Positions 1-10,217 of a DNA stretch of 64,000 bases are shown one piece after another. Positions within the stretch are counted from its first letter, which is position 1; every line of letters begins with the position of its first letter. This DNA is from Candidatus Omnitrophota bacterium (GTDB lineage Bacteria > Omnitrophota > Gorgyraeia > Duberdicusellales > 4484-171). Location: positions 40,176-104,175 of the forward strand of contig JBDRAN010000006.1 in the NCBI GenBank assembly GCA_043823745.1, in the 5' to 3' direction. Under the pieces are notes generated by a model. It searched no databases. It saw only the letters and a program-made list of their open reading frames with translations, and had not been told where the DNA came from. A program made the translations under genes and the position numbers.

Positions 1-187
1 GCTATCATACCTCGCGCCAGGAAGCTTTGTGGACGTGAAAGCAAAATCAGTTCCGGTAAAAGAAAAAATTATCATCACCAAGAAAGGTGATAATTTTTAT
101 TTTGTCCGCTATCAAAACGCTGCAAAAGAATTTGACCAATACGATGCCGCTTTTTCTCATATGGTTAGTACGATGAAATTAAAATAG
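1..187 (+). CDS. 3' end of an unidentified upstream gene (partial, enters window)
   Basis: Frame 2 is open from the window edge to TAG at 185-187 (…FVRYQNAAKEFDQYDAAFSHMVSTMKLK*); no recognisable family. Confidence 0.3.
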   Translation, partial: LSYLAPGSFVDVKAKSVPVKEKIIITKKGDNFYFVRYQNAAKEFDQYDAAFSHMVSTMKLK

Positions 188-395
188 CTCTTCGCACCAA
201 CCCCTCCCTTTATATCATCAAAACTCACAACGATTCGATCGCGCCTCAACGACCCTGTAAAAGATAGTTTTTACGATCGATCGCCTGCCCCTCGCCGAGA
301 TTGACCAACAAGCTTTCTGCTTTAATACTCCTTTTGAGCACAATACTCATTTTCCATGACGAGGCAGCTAAATTATGCTACAATAGTCCCCGATT

Positions 396-2081
396 ATGAA
401 ACCAAACTTTATTACCGAAATTATTGACGAACACAATAAAACCGGAAGGTTTTCCGGTCGGGTGCATACGCGTTTTCCGCCCGAACCCAACGGCTATCTC
501 CATATCGGCCATGCCAAATCAATTTACCTTAACTACGGACTCGCCCGGCAATACAACGGCATGTTTAATTTCCGCTTTGACGACACCAACCCCTGCAAAG
601 AAGAACAAGAGTATGTTGATTCGATCGTCGAAGATGTCAGATGGCTTGGCGCTGACTGGCAGGACCGGCTTTTTTACGCCTCTGATTATTTCATGCAGAT
701 GTATGATTATGCCGTTATGCTTATTAAAAAAGGTAAAGCGTATGTCTGTGATCTGGGTACCGAGGAAATTCGCGCGCATCGGGGAAATTTGACTGAAGCC
801 GGGAAAGAAAGCCCGTTTCGTAACCGCTCGATCGAAGAAAATATTCAGTTATTCGAGCGCATGCGCGCGGGGGAATTTTCCGACGGCTCCAAAACTCTAC
901 GGGCAAAAATCGACATGACGCATCCGAATTTCACCATGCGCGATCCGGTGATGTATCGCATTGTGCACGCGACCCACCACCGCACCGGTAATGACTGGTG
1001 TATCTACCCTATGTATGACTGGGCGCACGGCCTTGAAGATTCTCTCGAAGGCATAACGCATTCTATCTGCACCCTTGAATTCGAAAACCACCGCCCGCTC
1101 TATGACTGGTTTTTAAGCGCACTGGGAATATTTCACCCCCAGCAAATCGAATTCGCCCGGCTCAACCTGACCTATACCGTCTTAAGCAAACGTAAACTCC
1201 TTGAGCTGGTGCAAACAAAACAGGTACGTGGCTGGGATGATCCACGTATGCCCACCCTGGCCGGCTTACGGCGCCGGGGTTACCCGGCAGAAGCGATACA
1301 TAATTTCTGCGACGAAATAGGTGTTGCTAAATTCAACAGCACCATCGATGTAACAATTTTAGAGGAAGCGGTGCGCAGGATTTTAAATAAAAGTGCCGGG
1401 CGCGTTATGGCGGTGCTGCGGCCGCTTAAAATTATTATCACCAATTACCCCGAAGGCCAAACCGAGAATTTAAGCGCCGTCAATAACCCCGAAGACCCAG
1501 CGGCGGGAACGCGCAGCGTTCCGTTTTCACGAGAGCTCTACATTGAACGTGACGATTTCCGGGAAAATCCTCCGAAAGAGTTTTTCCGCCTCACACCGCA
1601 ACGAGAGGTACGTTTACGCTACGCATATTTTATCAGGTGCACTGATGTTATTAAAAACCCTGATGGCTCAATTAAAGAATTACATTGCACCTATGACCCG
1701 CAAACCCGCGGCGGAGATTCACCCGATGGACGCAAAGTAAAGGCAACATTGCACTGGGTTTCGGCCACGCAGGCAGTACGATCGACCGTCAGACTGTATG
1801 ACCGCCTCTTTAAGAATGAGGATCCCGATGACGCCCCAGACGGAAGCTTTCTGGACAACGTTAACCCTCGATCGCTTGAGACCATATCCGACGCATGGCT
1901 TGAACCAAGCCTTGCGAATGCAGCTGTGGGCACGCGTTATCAATTCGAACGCCTGGGCTATTTTTGCCTTGACCCTAAAGATTCAACAGCCGCCAACCTC
2001 GTCTTTAGCCGTATCGTTACCCTTAAAGATACCTGGGCTAAGATAGAAAAGAAAATGAAACCACCGGCGCGTACGGTATAA
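396..2081 (+). CDS. glnS: glutaminyl-tRNA synthetase
   Basis: Class I HIGH motif ([14 protein letters not shown]), VLSKR (KMSKS-type), GlnRS-like anticodon-binding C-terminus; 561 aa. Confidence 0.9.
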   Translation: MKPNFITEIIDEHNKTGRFSGRVHTRFPPEPNGYLHIGHAKSIYLNYGLARQYNGMFNFRFDDTNPCKEEQEYVDSIVEDVRWLGADWQDRLFYASDYFMQMYDYAVMLIKKGKAYVCDLGTEEIRAHRGNLTEAGKESPFRNRSIEENIQLFERMRAGEFSDGSKTLRAKIDMTHPNFTMRDPVMYRIVHATHHRTGNDWCIYPMYDWAHGLEDSLEGITHSICTLEFENHRPLYDWFLSALGIFHPQQIEFARLNLTYTVLSKRKLLELVQTKQVRGWDDPRMPTLAGLRRRGYPAEAIHNFCDEIGVAKFNSTIDVTILEEAVRRILNKSAGRVMAVLRPLKIIITNYPEGQTENLSAVNNPEDPAAGTRSVPFSRELYIERDDFRENPPKEFFRLTPQREVRLRYAYFIRCTDVIKNPDGSIKELHCTYDPQTRGGDSPDGRKVKATLHWVSATQAVRSTVRLYDRLFKNEDPDDAPDGSFLDNVNPRSLETISDAWLEPSLANAAVGTRYQFERLGYFCLDPKDSTAANLVFSRIVTLKDTWAKIEKKMKPPARTV

Positions 2082-2196
2082 TGCTCAGAGCGCACTAAAC
2101 GTATAACCCTATTGCTATTTATCGCAATCGGTATATAATAACGCCAATCCGAAAAAACGACCTACCTTTATATGCTATTTTTTACCTCGGTAAAAC

Positions 2197-5100
2197 ATGC
2201 GAGGCCGCGCTAAGCGGCTTGTGTCGATAAAACACGTAAAGAGTATACGCCTGGCTATGACTACCCAAAAGAAAAATAAAAGAATACCACGAAAGCTAAA
2301 ACCAAAACGTAGCCCTCCGGCGAGCCATCTGTTTGACGTCACCGGTTACGGCGTCTGCCGATACCTGGTGAACGAAGAAAGAATACTTTTTGCAAACCAA
2401 GGTGTCATTGACATTATGGGCTTACGCTGCAAACCCGAAGAGCTTACGGGAAAATGTTTTGATGATATTTTCGCTCTTATCGATAAGCCGGACACGATTA
2501 AAAAAGCGCTTGCATCGGGCGATGAAATTATTCATACCGAATGTCATTTCAAGACCCTTACCGGGGAAGAAAAATGGATTTTACTCGACGCTCGAATCAA
2601 GAGAAATCCCGCAACGACGAAAAAAACAGCTGAAGCGATCATCCGGGACATTACGTATCTAAAACTCTCCGAACATAATCTTGCAGCCCTCAATCAGAAG
2701 CTGAAGATGCTCGTTGAATGCAGCCAGACGATCGTGCACGCTACCGACGAGCAGGAATTACTGAAAAAAATATGTGACATTATCATTACCGAAGGCGAAT
2801 ACCGCTTCACCTGGATCGGTTTGGCACGGGACAATGAGCAGAAGACCGTCGAACCAATTGTCTGGGCAGGCTACGAGAAGGATTACTTACAAACAATCCG
2901 CGTAAGTTGGGGCATCAATGAATATGGCCAAGGTCCTGTGGGAACCGCCATACGCACCGGTAAATCAAATATCAATCGCAACATCCTGGTTGACCCTCAA
3001 TACGGTCTCTGGCGCGAAGAAGCATTGCGGCGCGGATATAACGCCTCAATTTCACTGCCGCTTGTAATTGATAACCTCTGTATCGGCGCGTTAAATATCT
3101 ACGCCAGCTGCGCCGAAGCATTTGACCCTGACGAAGCACTCCTTCTTTCGGAATTAGCCAGTGACATTTCATACGGGATCACCACCTTGCGTGCGCGCAA
3201 CGAAAAAAATAAAACTGAGGCTGCGCTTGCCGAAAGCGAGGAACGCTTCCGTAAAGCATTTGAAACGACCGGCATCGGCATGGCACTGGTAGCATTGGAT
3301 GGTCGATGGCTTAAAGTCAATCGCACCCTCTGTGAAATCGTCGGTTACAGCACCGAGGAGCTCCTTTCAATGAGTTTTCAGGATATTACTCATCAGGATG
3401 ATCTGGGAGCCGACGTCAGTTACGTGCAAAGGATGCTCCGTAGGGAAATTCTCTATTACCACCAGGAGAAACGCTATGTGCACAAACAGAGCCACATCAT
3501 CTGGGTATTGCTGAGCGCTTCTCTTGTGACCAGCCCCACCGGAGAACCACTCTATTTTGTATTTCAAATACAAAATATTACCGATCGTAAAAAAGCAGAA
3601 GAAGCGTTGCGTGCGGGGGAGCGCTTTCTTTCAAGCTGCTTCACCAGCATTCAAGATGGCATCAATATACTCGATAAAGAAATGAATATCCTCCGGGTTA
3701 ACCCGGTAATGGAAACCTGGTACGCTCATGCAATGCCCCTGGTCGGAAAGAAATGTTATGACGCCTATCACAGCCGCACGCGGCAATGCGAAATCTGCCC
3801 CAGCGCGCAAACAATCGTATCAGAGAAAGCCGCGTATGAAGAAGTCCCTAAGCGCGGGCCGGGCGGAGAAATTGTCGGGTGGCTCGATCTCTACAGTTTT
3901 CCCCTTATTGACCAGGAAACAGGAACCATGAAAGGCGTCATTGAGTATGTCCGCGATATTACCGAACGTAAACGTGCCGAAGAAGCGCTGAAAGAAAGCA
4001 AGGAGCGGTTTGAACAGATCGCCAACAACGCGTATGAATGGGTTTGGGAAATAGATCAAAACGGCCTTTATGTGTACTCAAACCCCGCGGTTGAAAAGAT
4101 ACTCGGATACCGGCCCGAAGAACTTGTAGGGGAAAAATTTTTTTACGATTTCTTCACTCCTCAAAGCACAGAGCAACTCGCCATGGATGCGCGTGCCGCC
4201 TTCCAAAAGCAACAGCCGATTAAAAATTTTATTAATCCCTGTGTTACAAAAACCGGAGCCATCGTCGTCCTTGAGTCAAACGGAACTCCGATTCTTGACA
4301 AGCAAGGAGCCTTTTGCGGCTACCGCGGTATCAATGTTGATGTTACCCAACGCAAAGCGCTTGAGGAACTCAAAGATAACTTCATTAATACGATTTCCCA
4401 CGAGCTTAAGACGCCTCTCTCTATCACTAAAGAAGGCGTGAGTTTAGTGCTCGATGGGATACTCGGTGACATCAATGAAAAACAGGAACGAATTCTCACG
4501 ATTGCAAAGAATAACGCAGACCGTCTGGCGCGTATTATCAGCAAACTCATCAGTATTTCTCTGATCCAGTCAGGGGAAATGGAGTTCAAACGCAAGCAGA
4601 CGGATATTGTGATGATAGCCCGGCATATCATAGCTGATTACCAGGCACGCGCGCAGGATAAGGGGATTGAATTGCGCGGAGTGTTTGAAAAGGAAAAAAT
4701 CACGCTGTATATCGACGAACGCAGCATCACCCACGTATTCACCAATCTCTTAGATAATGCCGTGAAATTTGCGAAAGCCGGTGCAATCGAGCTATCAATC
4801 AAAGAATTGCCCATGACCGTTGAATGCAGCATTACCGATATGGGGGCGGGAATTGATGCCGGAAAAATTAACGACCTTTTTGATAAATTCCACCAGCTGG
4901 AGCGCGGTGACGACGCGGGTGAGAAAGGAATCGGCATCGGCCTTTCAATCACACACAGCATCATTCAAATGCATGAAGGTAATATTTGGGTTGAAAGTCC
5001 GGCGTTTCCCGATGCCGCGCAAGAGCATAGGGGGACCTGCTTTGTCTTCAGCCTGCCAAAATACGACGCGGCAACCATTGCGCAAAAACATATCAGAAAC

Positions 5101-5487
5101 GCTATTGAAAAAGCTGCCAGGCAAAATGAGAAAATGTCTGTGCTTGCCGCTGTACGCGCTCGCGACGAAGCGCTCCTTAACGAATTGCCCCGCGAAGCGT
5201 TCTTTGTGCTCTTTCAAGATATTGAAGAAATTTTAAAAGGCGGCCTGCGCAGCGGCGGAGATGTGGTCCTGGAAGACACCGGCGATATTGTCTTGGTCCT
5301 CGGGGACTGCGACAAAGAAAGCTCATACGTGCTTATCATGAGACTTCAGAAACTTATCAATGAATACCTGGAAAGCCGCAATCTTGCCGGAAAAATCAAC
5401 ATACACTTCGGCAGCGCAACCTACCCCGACGACGCTGCCGATGAAGCAACGCTCTTGGCAAAAGCAAAAAATATACAGGCAGATTGA
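2197..5487 (+). CDS. multidomain sensor histidine kinase (PAS-GAF-PAS-PAS-PAS-HisKA-HATPase) with a C-terminal degenerate GGDEF-like tail
   Basis: HisKA H-box ISHELKTPLS; HATPase G-boxes (DNAVKFA…GIGIGLSITHSIIQMHEGNIWVES); several PAS segments and one GAF; ~200 aa after the ATPase resembles an inactive GGDEF (GDIVLVLGD…SATYPDDAADEATLLAKAK). Confidence 0.85.
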   Translation: MRGRAKRLVSIKHVKSIRLAMTTQKKNKRIPRKLKPKRSPPASHLFDVTGYGVCRYLVNEERILFANQGVIDIMGLRCKPEELTGKCFDDIFALIDKPDTIKKALASGDEIIHTECHFKTLTGEEKWILLDARIKRNPATTKKTAEAIIRDITYLKLSEHNLAALNQKLKMLVECSQTIVHATDEQELLKKICDIIITEGEYRFTWIGLARDNEQKTVEPIVWAGYEKDYLQTIRVSWGINEYGQGPVGTAIRTGKSNINRNILVDPQYGLWREEALRRGYNASISLPLVIDNLCIGALNIYASCAEAFDPDEALLLSELASDISYGITTLRARNEKNKTEAALAESEERFRKAFETTGIGMALVALDGRWLKVNRTLCEIVGYSTEELLSMSFQDITHQDDLGADVSYVQRMLRREILYYHQEKRYVHKQSHIIWVLLSASLVTSPTGEPLYFVFQIQNITDRKKAEEALRAGERFLSSCFTSIQDGINILDKEMNILRVNPVMETWYAHAMPLVGKKCYDAYHSRTRQCEICPSAQTIVSEKAAYEEVPKRGPGGEIVGWLDLYSFPLIDQETGTMKGVIEYVRDITERKRAEEALKESKERFEQIANNAYEWVWEIDQNGLYVYSNPAVEKILGYRPEELVGEKFFYDFFTPQSTEQLAMDARAAFQKQQPIKNFINPCVTKTGAIVVLESNGTPILDKQGAFCGYRGINVDVTQRKALEELKDNFINTISHELKTPLSITKEGVSLVLDGILGDINEKQERILTIAKNNADRLARIISKLISISLIQSGEMEFKRKQTDIVMIARHIIADYQARAQDKGIELRGVFEKEKITLYIDERSITHVFTNLLDNAVKFAKAGAIELSIKELPMTVECSITDMGAGIDAGKINDLFDKFHQLERGDDAGEKGIGIGLSITHSIIQMHEGNIWVESPAFPDAAQEHRGTCFVFSLPKYDAATIAQKHIRNAIEKAARQNEKMSVLAAVRARDEALLNELPREAFFVLFQDIEEILKGGLRSGGDVVLEDTGDIVLVLGDCDKESSYVLIMRLQKLINEYLESRNLAGKINIHFGSATYPDDAADEATLLAKAKNIQAD

Positions 5488-5539
5488 CCATCGCTTTTAC
5501 CACAAAGACGGCGGGATCTGTGGCGCAACAAGGAGTATC

Positions 5540-5911
5540 ATGGCTAAAAAAATTCTTTTTATTGAAGACGAACCGGATCAAAGGACTATTGTTGAAGTGC
5601 GTCTTCGAACGGCCGGCTACGACGTGATCACCGCCTGCGACGGCGAAGAAGGGCTCGCGAAGGCCCGCTTGGCGCGGCCTGACCTAATCCTCCTTGATAT
5701 CGTGATTCCCAAGCACGATGGTCTTGAGGTGTGCGCGATACTGAAAGGAGACTCGGGGACAAAGAAAATTCCGATCATCATGCTTACCGCGTACGGAGTT
5801 AACCGCGTGGAGGAAAAAAGTTTTGCTGCGGGTGCCGACGACTGCATTTCTAAACCATATGAACCACAAGAGCTGTTGCAAAAAATCAAATCGCTCCTGG
5901 GGAAACAATAA
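5540..5911 (+). CDS. stand-alone response-regulator receiver (CheY-like)
   Basis: KKILFIEDEP…LILLDIVIPKHDGLEV…KIPIIMLTA receiver signature; RBS AGGAG 5 nt upstream of ATG 5540; the tracked ORF start 5360 is a spurious N-terminal extension. Confidence 0.85.
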   Translation: MAKKILFIEDEPDQRTIVEVRLRTAGYDVITACDGEEGLAKARLARPDLILLDIVIPKHDGLEVCAILKGDSGTKKIPIIMLTAYGVNRVEEKSFAAGADDCISKPYEPQELLQKIKSLLGKQ

Positions 5912-5929
5912 TACACGAGGGGAGTCACG

Positions 5930-6289
5930 ATGAAAAAGGATATTATTCTGATCGGCGATAAAGTGCTGATCGATCCCGACGAAGGCGAAGGAAAAACTGA
6001 CGCGGGGCTTTACCTGCCTCAGAATGTGAAAGAGAAAGAAAAAATTCAAACCGGGACAGTCGTGAAAACCGGACCAGGCTATCCGGTACCCGACCCGGGG
6101 GCGCTTGAGCAGGAACCGTGGACAAAAGCAACACTCGACAAATATTTCCCCCTGCAGGCGCAGGAAGGCGACTATTGCATGTTCCTGCGCGATCAGGGCG
6201 TTGAGATATCCTTTGAGAAAAAACGCTATATCGTCGTTCCGCATTCGGCAATTCTCGTACTCACCCGAGATAACCGTACTGAAAATTAA
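5930..6289 (+). CDS. GroES/Cpn10-like co-chaperonin paralog with extended hairpin insertion
   Basis: IILIGDKVLI…KTDAGLYLP…IQTGTVVKTGPG…YIVVPHSAILVL aligns to the Cpn10 fold; ~30-aa insertion; no groEL adjacent. Confidence 0.55.
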   Translation: MKKDIILIGDKVLIDPDEGEGKTDAGLYLPQNVKEKEKIQTGTVVKTGPGYPVPDPGALEQEPWTKATLDKYFPLQAQEGDYCMFLRDQGVEISFEKKRYIVVPHSAILVLTRDNRTEN

Positions 6290-6344
6290 AGCATGTGCTG
6301 TTTTTTTCAGGAACGCTGAGTAGATGATCAAAAAGGAGGGGCCC

Positions 6345-7214
6345 ATGATAAAAAAAATTGCACCGGTATGTCTGTTGGCGTTTCTCGTAGGGGTACATGT
6401 GTATGCTTTAAATACTCAAAACTCATTTGAAAAGCTGCGCGTGGGTACGGCCCAGGAGCGCTCAAAAGCAGCAGTTGAGCTTGGCAGGAAAAAAAATCCC
6501 GAGGCCATAGGCGCACTCATGGCGGCCCTGAAAGATAGCTCTGAAAATGTCCGGGGACGCGCGGCAGAGGCCCTGGGAAGGATACAAGATGCCCGCGCCA
6601 TAGACGCTCTTATCGAGACCTTGAAAGACAAAAATGCCGCAGTGCGCGCATACGCCGCAGAAGCATTAGGCAAGATTCAAGATACAAAAGCAGTTGAAGC
6701 GCTGATCGCATTACTTACTGATGCAAACGCTACCGCAAAAAGATCAGCCATTGAAGCGCTTGCAGCCATCAAAGATACCCGCGCGACAGACCAGTTGATT
6801 ACCTGTTTAAAAGATAGCGATGAAGCTATTCGGAAATTTAGCATTGATGCCCTGGCGCGCATCAAAGACACGAAAGCCGTTGAACCAATAATCGAGAGCC
6901 TTAAAGACACCTCTGCTGCCATTCGTGCAAAAGCCGCAACGGCCCTCGGAGAACTGGGTGATGCCCGCGCGCTCAAACCGCTTACGGAAGCGCTCTCCGA
7001 TAAATACAAAGACGTACGTGCCAGCGCTACCGAGGCCCTGGGAAAGCTTAATGACACCCACGCAGTAGAAGCGTTACAAAAGATGCTTGCGGATGAACAC
7101 AAAAATGTCCGGGATAACGCCAAGAAGGCAATTGCACAATTGACCGGTAAGACTCCCGAAGAGAAAAAAGAACCGGCAAGCACGGGCACCAATACAAATC
7201 TTGAACTAAAATAA
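6345..7214 (+). CDS. secreted HEAT-repeat (PBS-lyase type) protein
   Basis: Signal peptide (IAPVCLLAFLVGVHVYA), then ~8 repeats of the form …VRxxAAEALGxIxDxRAIDALIxxLKD; ATG 6345 preceded by AAGGAGGGG. Confidence 0.7.
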   Translation: MIKKIAPVCLLAFLVGVHVYALNTQNSFEKLRVGTAQERSKAAVELGRKKNPEAIGALMAALKDSSENVRGRAAEALGRIQDARAIDALIETLKDKNAAVRAYAAEALGKIQDTKAVEALIALLTDANATAKRSAIEALAAIKDTRATDQLITCLKDSDEAIRKFSIDALARIKDTKAVEPIIESLKDTSAAIRAKAATALGELGDARALKPLTEALSDKYKDVRASATEALGKLNDTHAVEALQKMLADEHKNVRDNAKKAIAQLTGKTPEEKKEPASTGTNTNLELK

Positions 7215-7338
7215 TTCGAATACGGAGCGTAAAGCAGCGGATAGCGCGTATAGTAAAAACTCTGCGCTATCCGCTCTACGCGTATGACTATGCGCGCACG
7301 CAGTATCGTGCCGGCGCGTAGTTATTTTTTAAACAACC

Positions 7339-9261
7339 ATGATCGCCTTAACCAACATCACGAAAAGCTACGGAGAACGAATCTTGCTCAATAATATCTC
7401 CCTGTCTATTAACCGGGGAGAGAAAATCGGCCTGATCGGCCCCAATGGGGCCGGAAAATCAACACTTTTTTCCATCATACTCAATTCACGCGAAGCATCG
7501 TCCGGCACCATCAACATACAGAAGACGACCCGCATTGGATACCTTCCTCAAGAAGTACATTTTTCATCAAATATAACCGTCCTCGGAGAGCTACTCGAGG
7601 GAAATGAAAAGATCAAAGAGCTCCTTGCGCAAAAAAAAGCTCTTGAGCTCGCGAACCAAGCCGGTGGAGCCCGCTATGGCGATATTCTTCATACCCTTGA
7701 AACGATGGGGTATTTTGCGCTTGAGCACACGGCAAAAAAAATACTCGCGGGCCTAGGATTCAAAGAGACTGATTTTACCCGGCCGGTACAAGCCTTAAGC
7801 GGTGGTTGGAAAATGCGCGTGCTCCTGGCGAAACTGCTCACCTACGATTATGACCTGCTCCTCTTAGACGAACCAACCAACCATCTTGACTTAAGTGCCG
7901 CGCTGTGGTTTAAAGATTACCTTGCGGCCTTTAAGGGTACCTTTGTCATGGTTTCCCATGATCGAGATTTCCTTGACGAGGTAACCGACTACACGCTCAT
8001 TCTCGAAAATGGCGCAATCGTCAAAATCCACGGCAATTACGAGCATTACTTAAAGATTCGCGGGGAACGTAAAATATACCTGGTGAAACAATTCAAGGAA
8101 CAGGAAAAAAAACGTAAACAATTACAGGAGTTTATCGACCGCTTCCATGCCCAACCCAACAAAGCCTCACAGGTGCGCGCGAAACGCAAAGAAATAGAAC
8201 GCATGGAAGAAATTATCGTTCCACCCGATCGTCGAGAAAGCATCCGTAGTTTTCATTTCCCGCAAACGCACAAAAGCGGGCAGAGCGCGATGCGCCTGGC
8301 CAACATCTCAAAAGCCTACGGCAGCATCCAGGTTTATAATAATTTTGATTTCGAAATCACCCGCGGAGAGAAAGCGGTGCTGGTAGGAGAAAACGGCGCC
8401 GGCAAATCAACGCTGCTTAAGATTCTTGCCGGAGTTATTGATATCGATAGCGGCACGCGTGTTGCCGGTTATAATACCGACGTCGGTTACTTTTCCCAAA
8501 CACGCATGGATGTATTAAGCCCGGAGAACACGGTGCTCCAAGAAACGTTTACCTCTGCTCGAGAATATATTTCTGAAGAAAGTATTCGCACTATCCTGGG
8601 AGCGTTTCTTTTTAGCGGTAGCGACGTCGAAAAGAAAGTAAGCGTGCTCTCCGGGGGCGAAAAAAGCAGGCTGATTCTTGCGAAACTCCTAATTCGCCCG
8701 CCTAATCTTCTTTTACTCGATGAGCCAACGACACACCTTGACGTGGACGCGGTGGATGCTCTCATCCAGGCGCTCGCCGGATACGAAGGAACGCTCGTAT
8801 TTATCAGTCACGACATCCACTTTGTGCGCTCGACCGCCACCATGGTCTACGAGGTAAGTTCTGGCCGCGTACGAAAATTCCCCGGTAATTTCGATTATTA
8901 CCGCAGCCAGAAAGACAAAACCCATGTCGTAACGCGCGCCAAACCAGGCAAGCGTACCATCTGGCAGGAAACGTTCGACGAGCTGAAAGCGCGCTCAAAA
9001 CAACGATATCGCACCCCTCAAGAGGAAGAAGAGACAAAGGCTCACAATGCACAATTATCACTCGCCATCAAGGCGCTGCGTAAAGAAAAAGAAAAGCTCG
9101 CCGCCGAGCGAGCCGTCAAGGAACGGATCATTGCCAATAAATTCAGCCATCATGGAGCCAGCGCTAAACAACAATACACCGAGCGTTTACGCGCAATCGA
9201 TGAACGCATGGGGGCGATCGAAGAAGAAATAAAACACATTAAAACAAAATTTATCTCTTGA
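7339..9261 (+). CDS. ABC-F family ATPase (Uup/EttA-like, two ABC domains, no TMD)
   Basis: Two Walker A motifs (GPNGAGKST, GENGAGKST), two LSGG signatures (LSGGWKMR, LSGGEKSR), linker, C-terminal coiled-coil. Confidence 0.85.
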   Translation: MIALTNITKSYGERILLNNISLSINRGEKIGLIGPNGAGKSTLFSIILNSREASSGTINIQKTTRIGYLPQEVHFSSNITVLGELLEGNEKIKELLAQKKALELANQAGGARYGDILHTLETMGYFALEHTAKKILAGLGFKETDFTRPVQALSGGWKMRVLLAKLLTYDYDLLLLDEPTNHLDLSAALWFKDYLAAFKGTFVMVSHDRDFLDEVTDYTLILENGAIVKIHGNYEHYLKIRGERKIYLVKQFKEQEKKRKQLQEFIDRFHAQPNKASQVRAKRKEIERMEEIIVPPDRRESIRSFHFPQTHKSGQSAMRLANISKAYGSIQVYNNFDFEITRGEKAVLVGENGAGKSTLLKILAGVIDIDSGTRVAGYNTDVGYFSQTRMDVLSPENTVLQETFTSAREYISEESIRTILGAFLFSGSDVEKKVSVLSGGEKSRLILAKLLIRPPNLLLLDEPTTHLDVDAVDALIQALAGYEGTLVFISHDIHFVRSTATMVYEVSSGRVRKFPGNFDYYRSQKDKTHVVTRAKPGKRTIWQETFDELKARSKQRYRTPQEEEETKAHNAQLSLAIKALRKEKEKLAAERAVKERIIANKFSHHGASAKQQYTERLRAIDERMGAIEEEIKHIKTKFIS

Positions 9262-9359
9262 CCAATACTGCGTGAAAAAAAAGTTTTCCGACTACCAAAT
9301 TAATGTTATAATAACGATTGTTGTCTAATACTTATCGGACCACATAAAAAGGTACCACT

Positions 9360-10076
9360 ATGGATTTTGCCATAGCATTAGTTGGATTGGCGGTGATAGG
9401 GGGGGTCGGCCTGATTGTTTACATGATACGGTCCCCGGCGAAGCCTCATGAACCTACGGGACAGAGGAGCATTGCCGAAGAAGAAAAAATCAGGATAGAG
9501 GGAGAACTCTTTTCCTGCAAAGATGAACGGGATCGCCTCAAAGCAGAACGTGAAAGCCTTGCAAGCGCACTACAGGAAATAAAAAAAGAAGATTCGGAGT
9601 TGCGCGATCAGATTTCACGCCTTAAAGAATGGTATGGAAAAAACCAGGAAGCACTTGAAAAAGTAAAAAAAGAAAATCTTGATCTGAAAGACAAGCTCGT
9701 CAGCCAGGAGAAAGGCATTACTGAGCACATCACGCATGTCGGAAACCTCAACAAAGAGCTCAAAGAAGCTAAAGGGAAAATTGACTATCTTGAGAAAGAA
9801 AATAAAGAGCTACTCCAGAAAATAAAAGCTCCGGGGCAGGGAGAGACCCTTCCCAAGCCTCAGGCGCCGGCGGCAGCCTCCCCAACGCATGAGCCACGCG
9901 CAAAAGAAGATAAAAAACCGGAGTCAGATGAGGCGCCACCGACGGCGCCCGAGCGCAAAGAAATAAATATCAAACCCCAGCCAACACCACCCGCTCCGAT
10001 ACCTCCCGCCGCACCGCACCCAAAAGAAGAAAAAAAGTCAGAAACACCCGACAAACCGAAAAATCCGGAAGAATAA
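9360..10076 (+). CDS. membrane-anchored coiled-coil protein with Pro-rich C-terminus (hypothetical)
   Basis: N-terminal TM helix (IALVGLAVIGGVGLIVYMI), heptad-rich E/K segment, PxP-rich tail; TTATAAT-like promoter upstream. Confidence 0.5.
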   Translation: MDFAIALVGLAVIGGVGLIVYMIRSPAKPHEPTGQRSIAEEEKIRIEGELFSCKDERDRLKAERESLASALQEIKKEDSELRDQISRLKEWYGKNQEALEKVKKENLDLKDKLVSQEKGITEHITHVGNLNKELKEAKGKIDYLEKENKELLQKIKAPGQGETLPKPQAPAAASPTHEPRAKEDKKPESDEAPPTAPERKEINIKPQPTPPAPIPPAAPHPKEEKKSETPDKPKNPEE

Positions 10077-10217
10077 AATACACTGGTTTACGCCTCGAGC
10101 GCAGCAAGCATGTGGACACTCTACCGGGGATACCTGCGCATCGATAATTCCTAATTACTAATAACGAAACATTTTTCTTTAGCAGTTCGTAATTAGTAAT
10201 TTTATAATTTTGCACTT

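Noticed and set aside
5684-6346. 220-aa minus-strand ORF (and many similar 60-200-aa minus-strand ORFs at 31411-31989, 33317-33859, 37506-38063, 43210-43845, 51487-52062, 62205-62897, 6677-7192)
   Set aside because: All lie antisense to well-supported plus-strand genes with clear family signatures. They show low-complexity or biased composition and have no RBS or known motifs. They are typical shadow ORFs in a ~50% GC genome.
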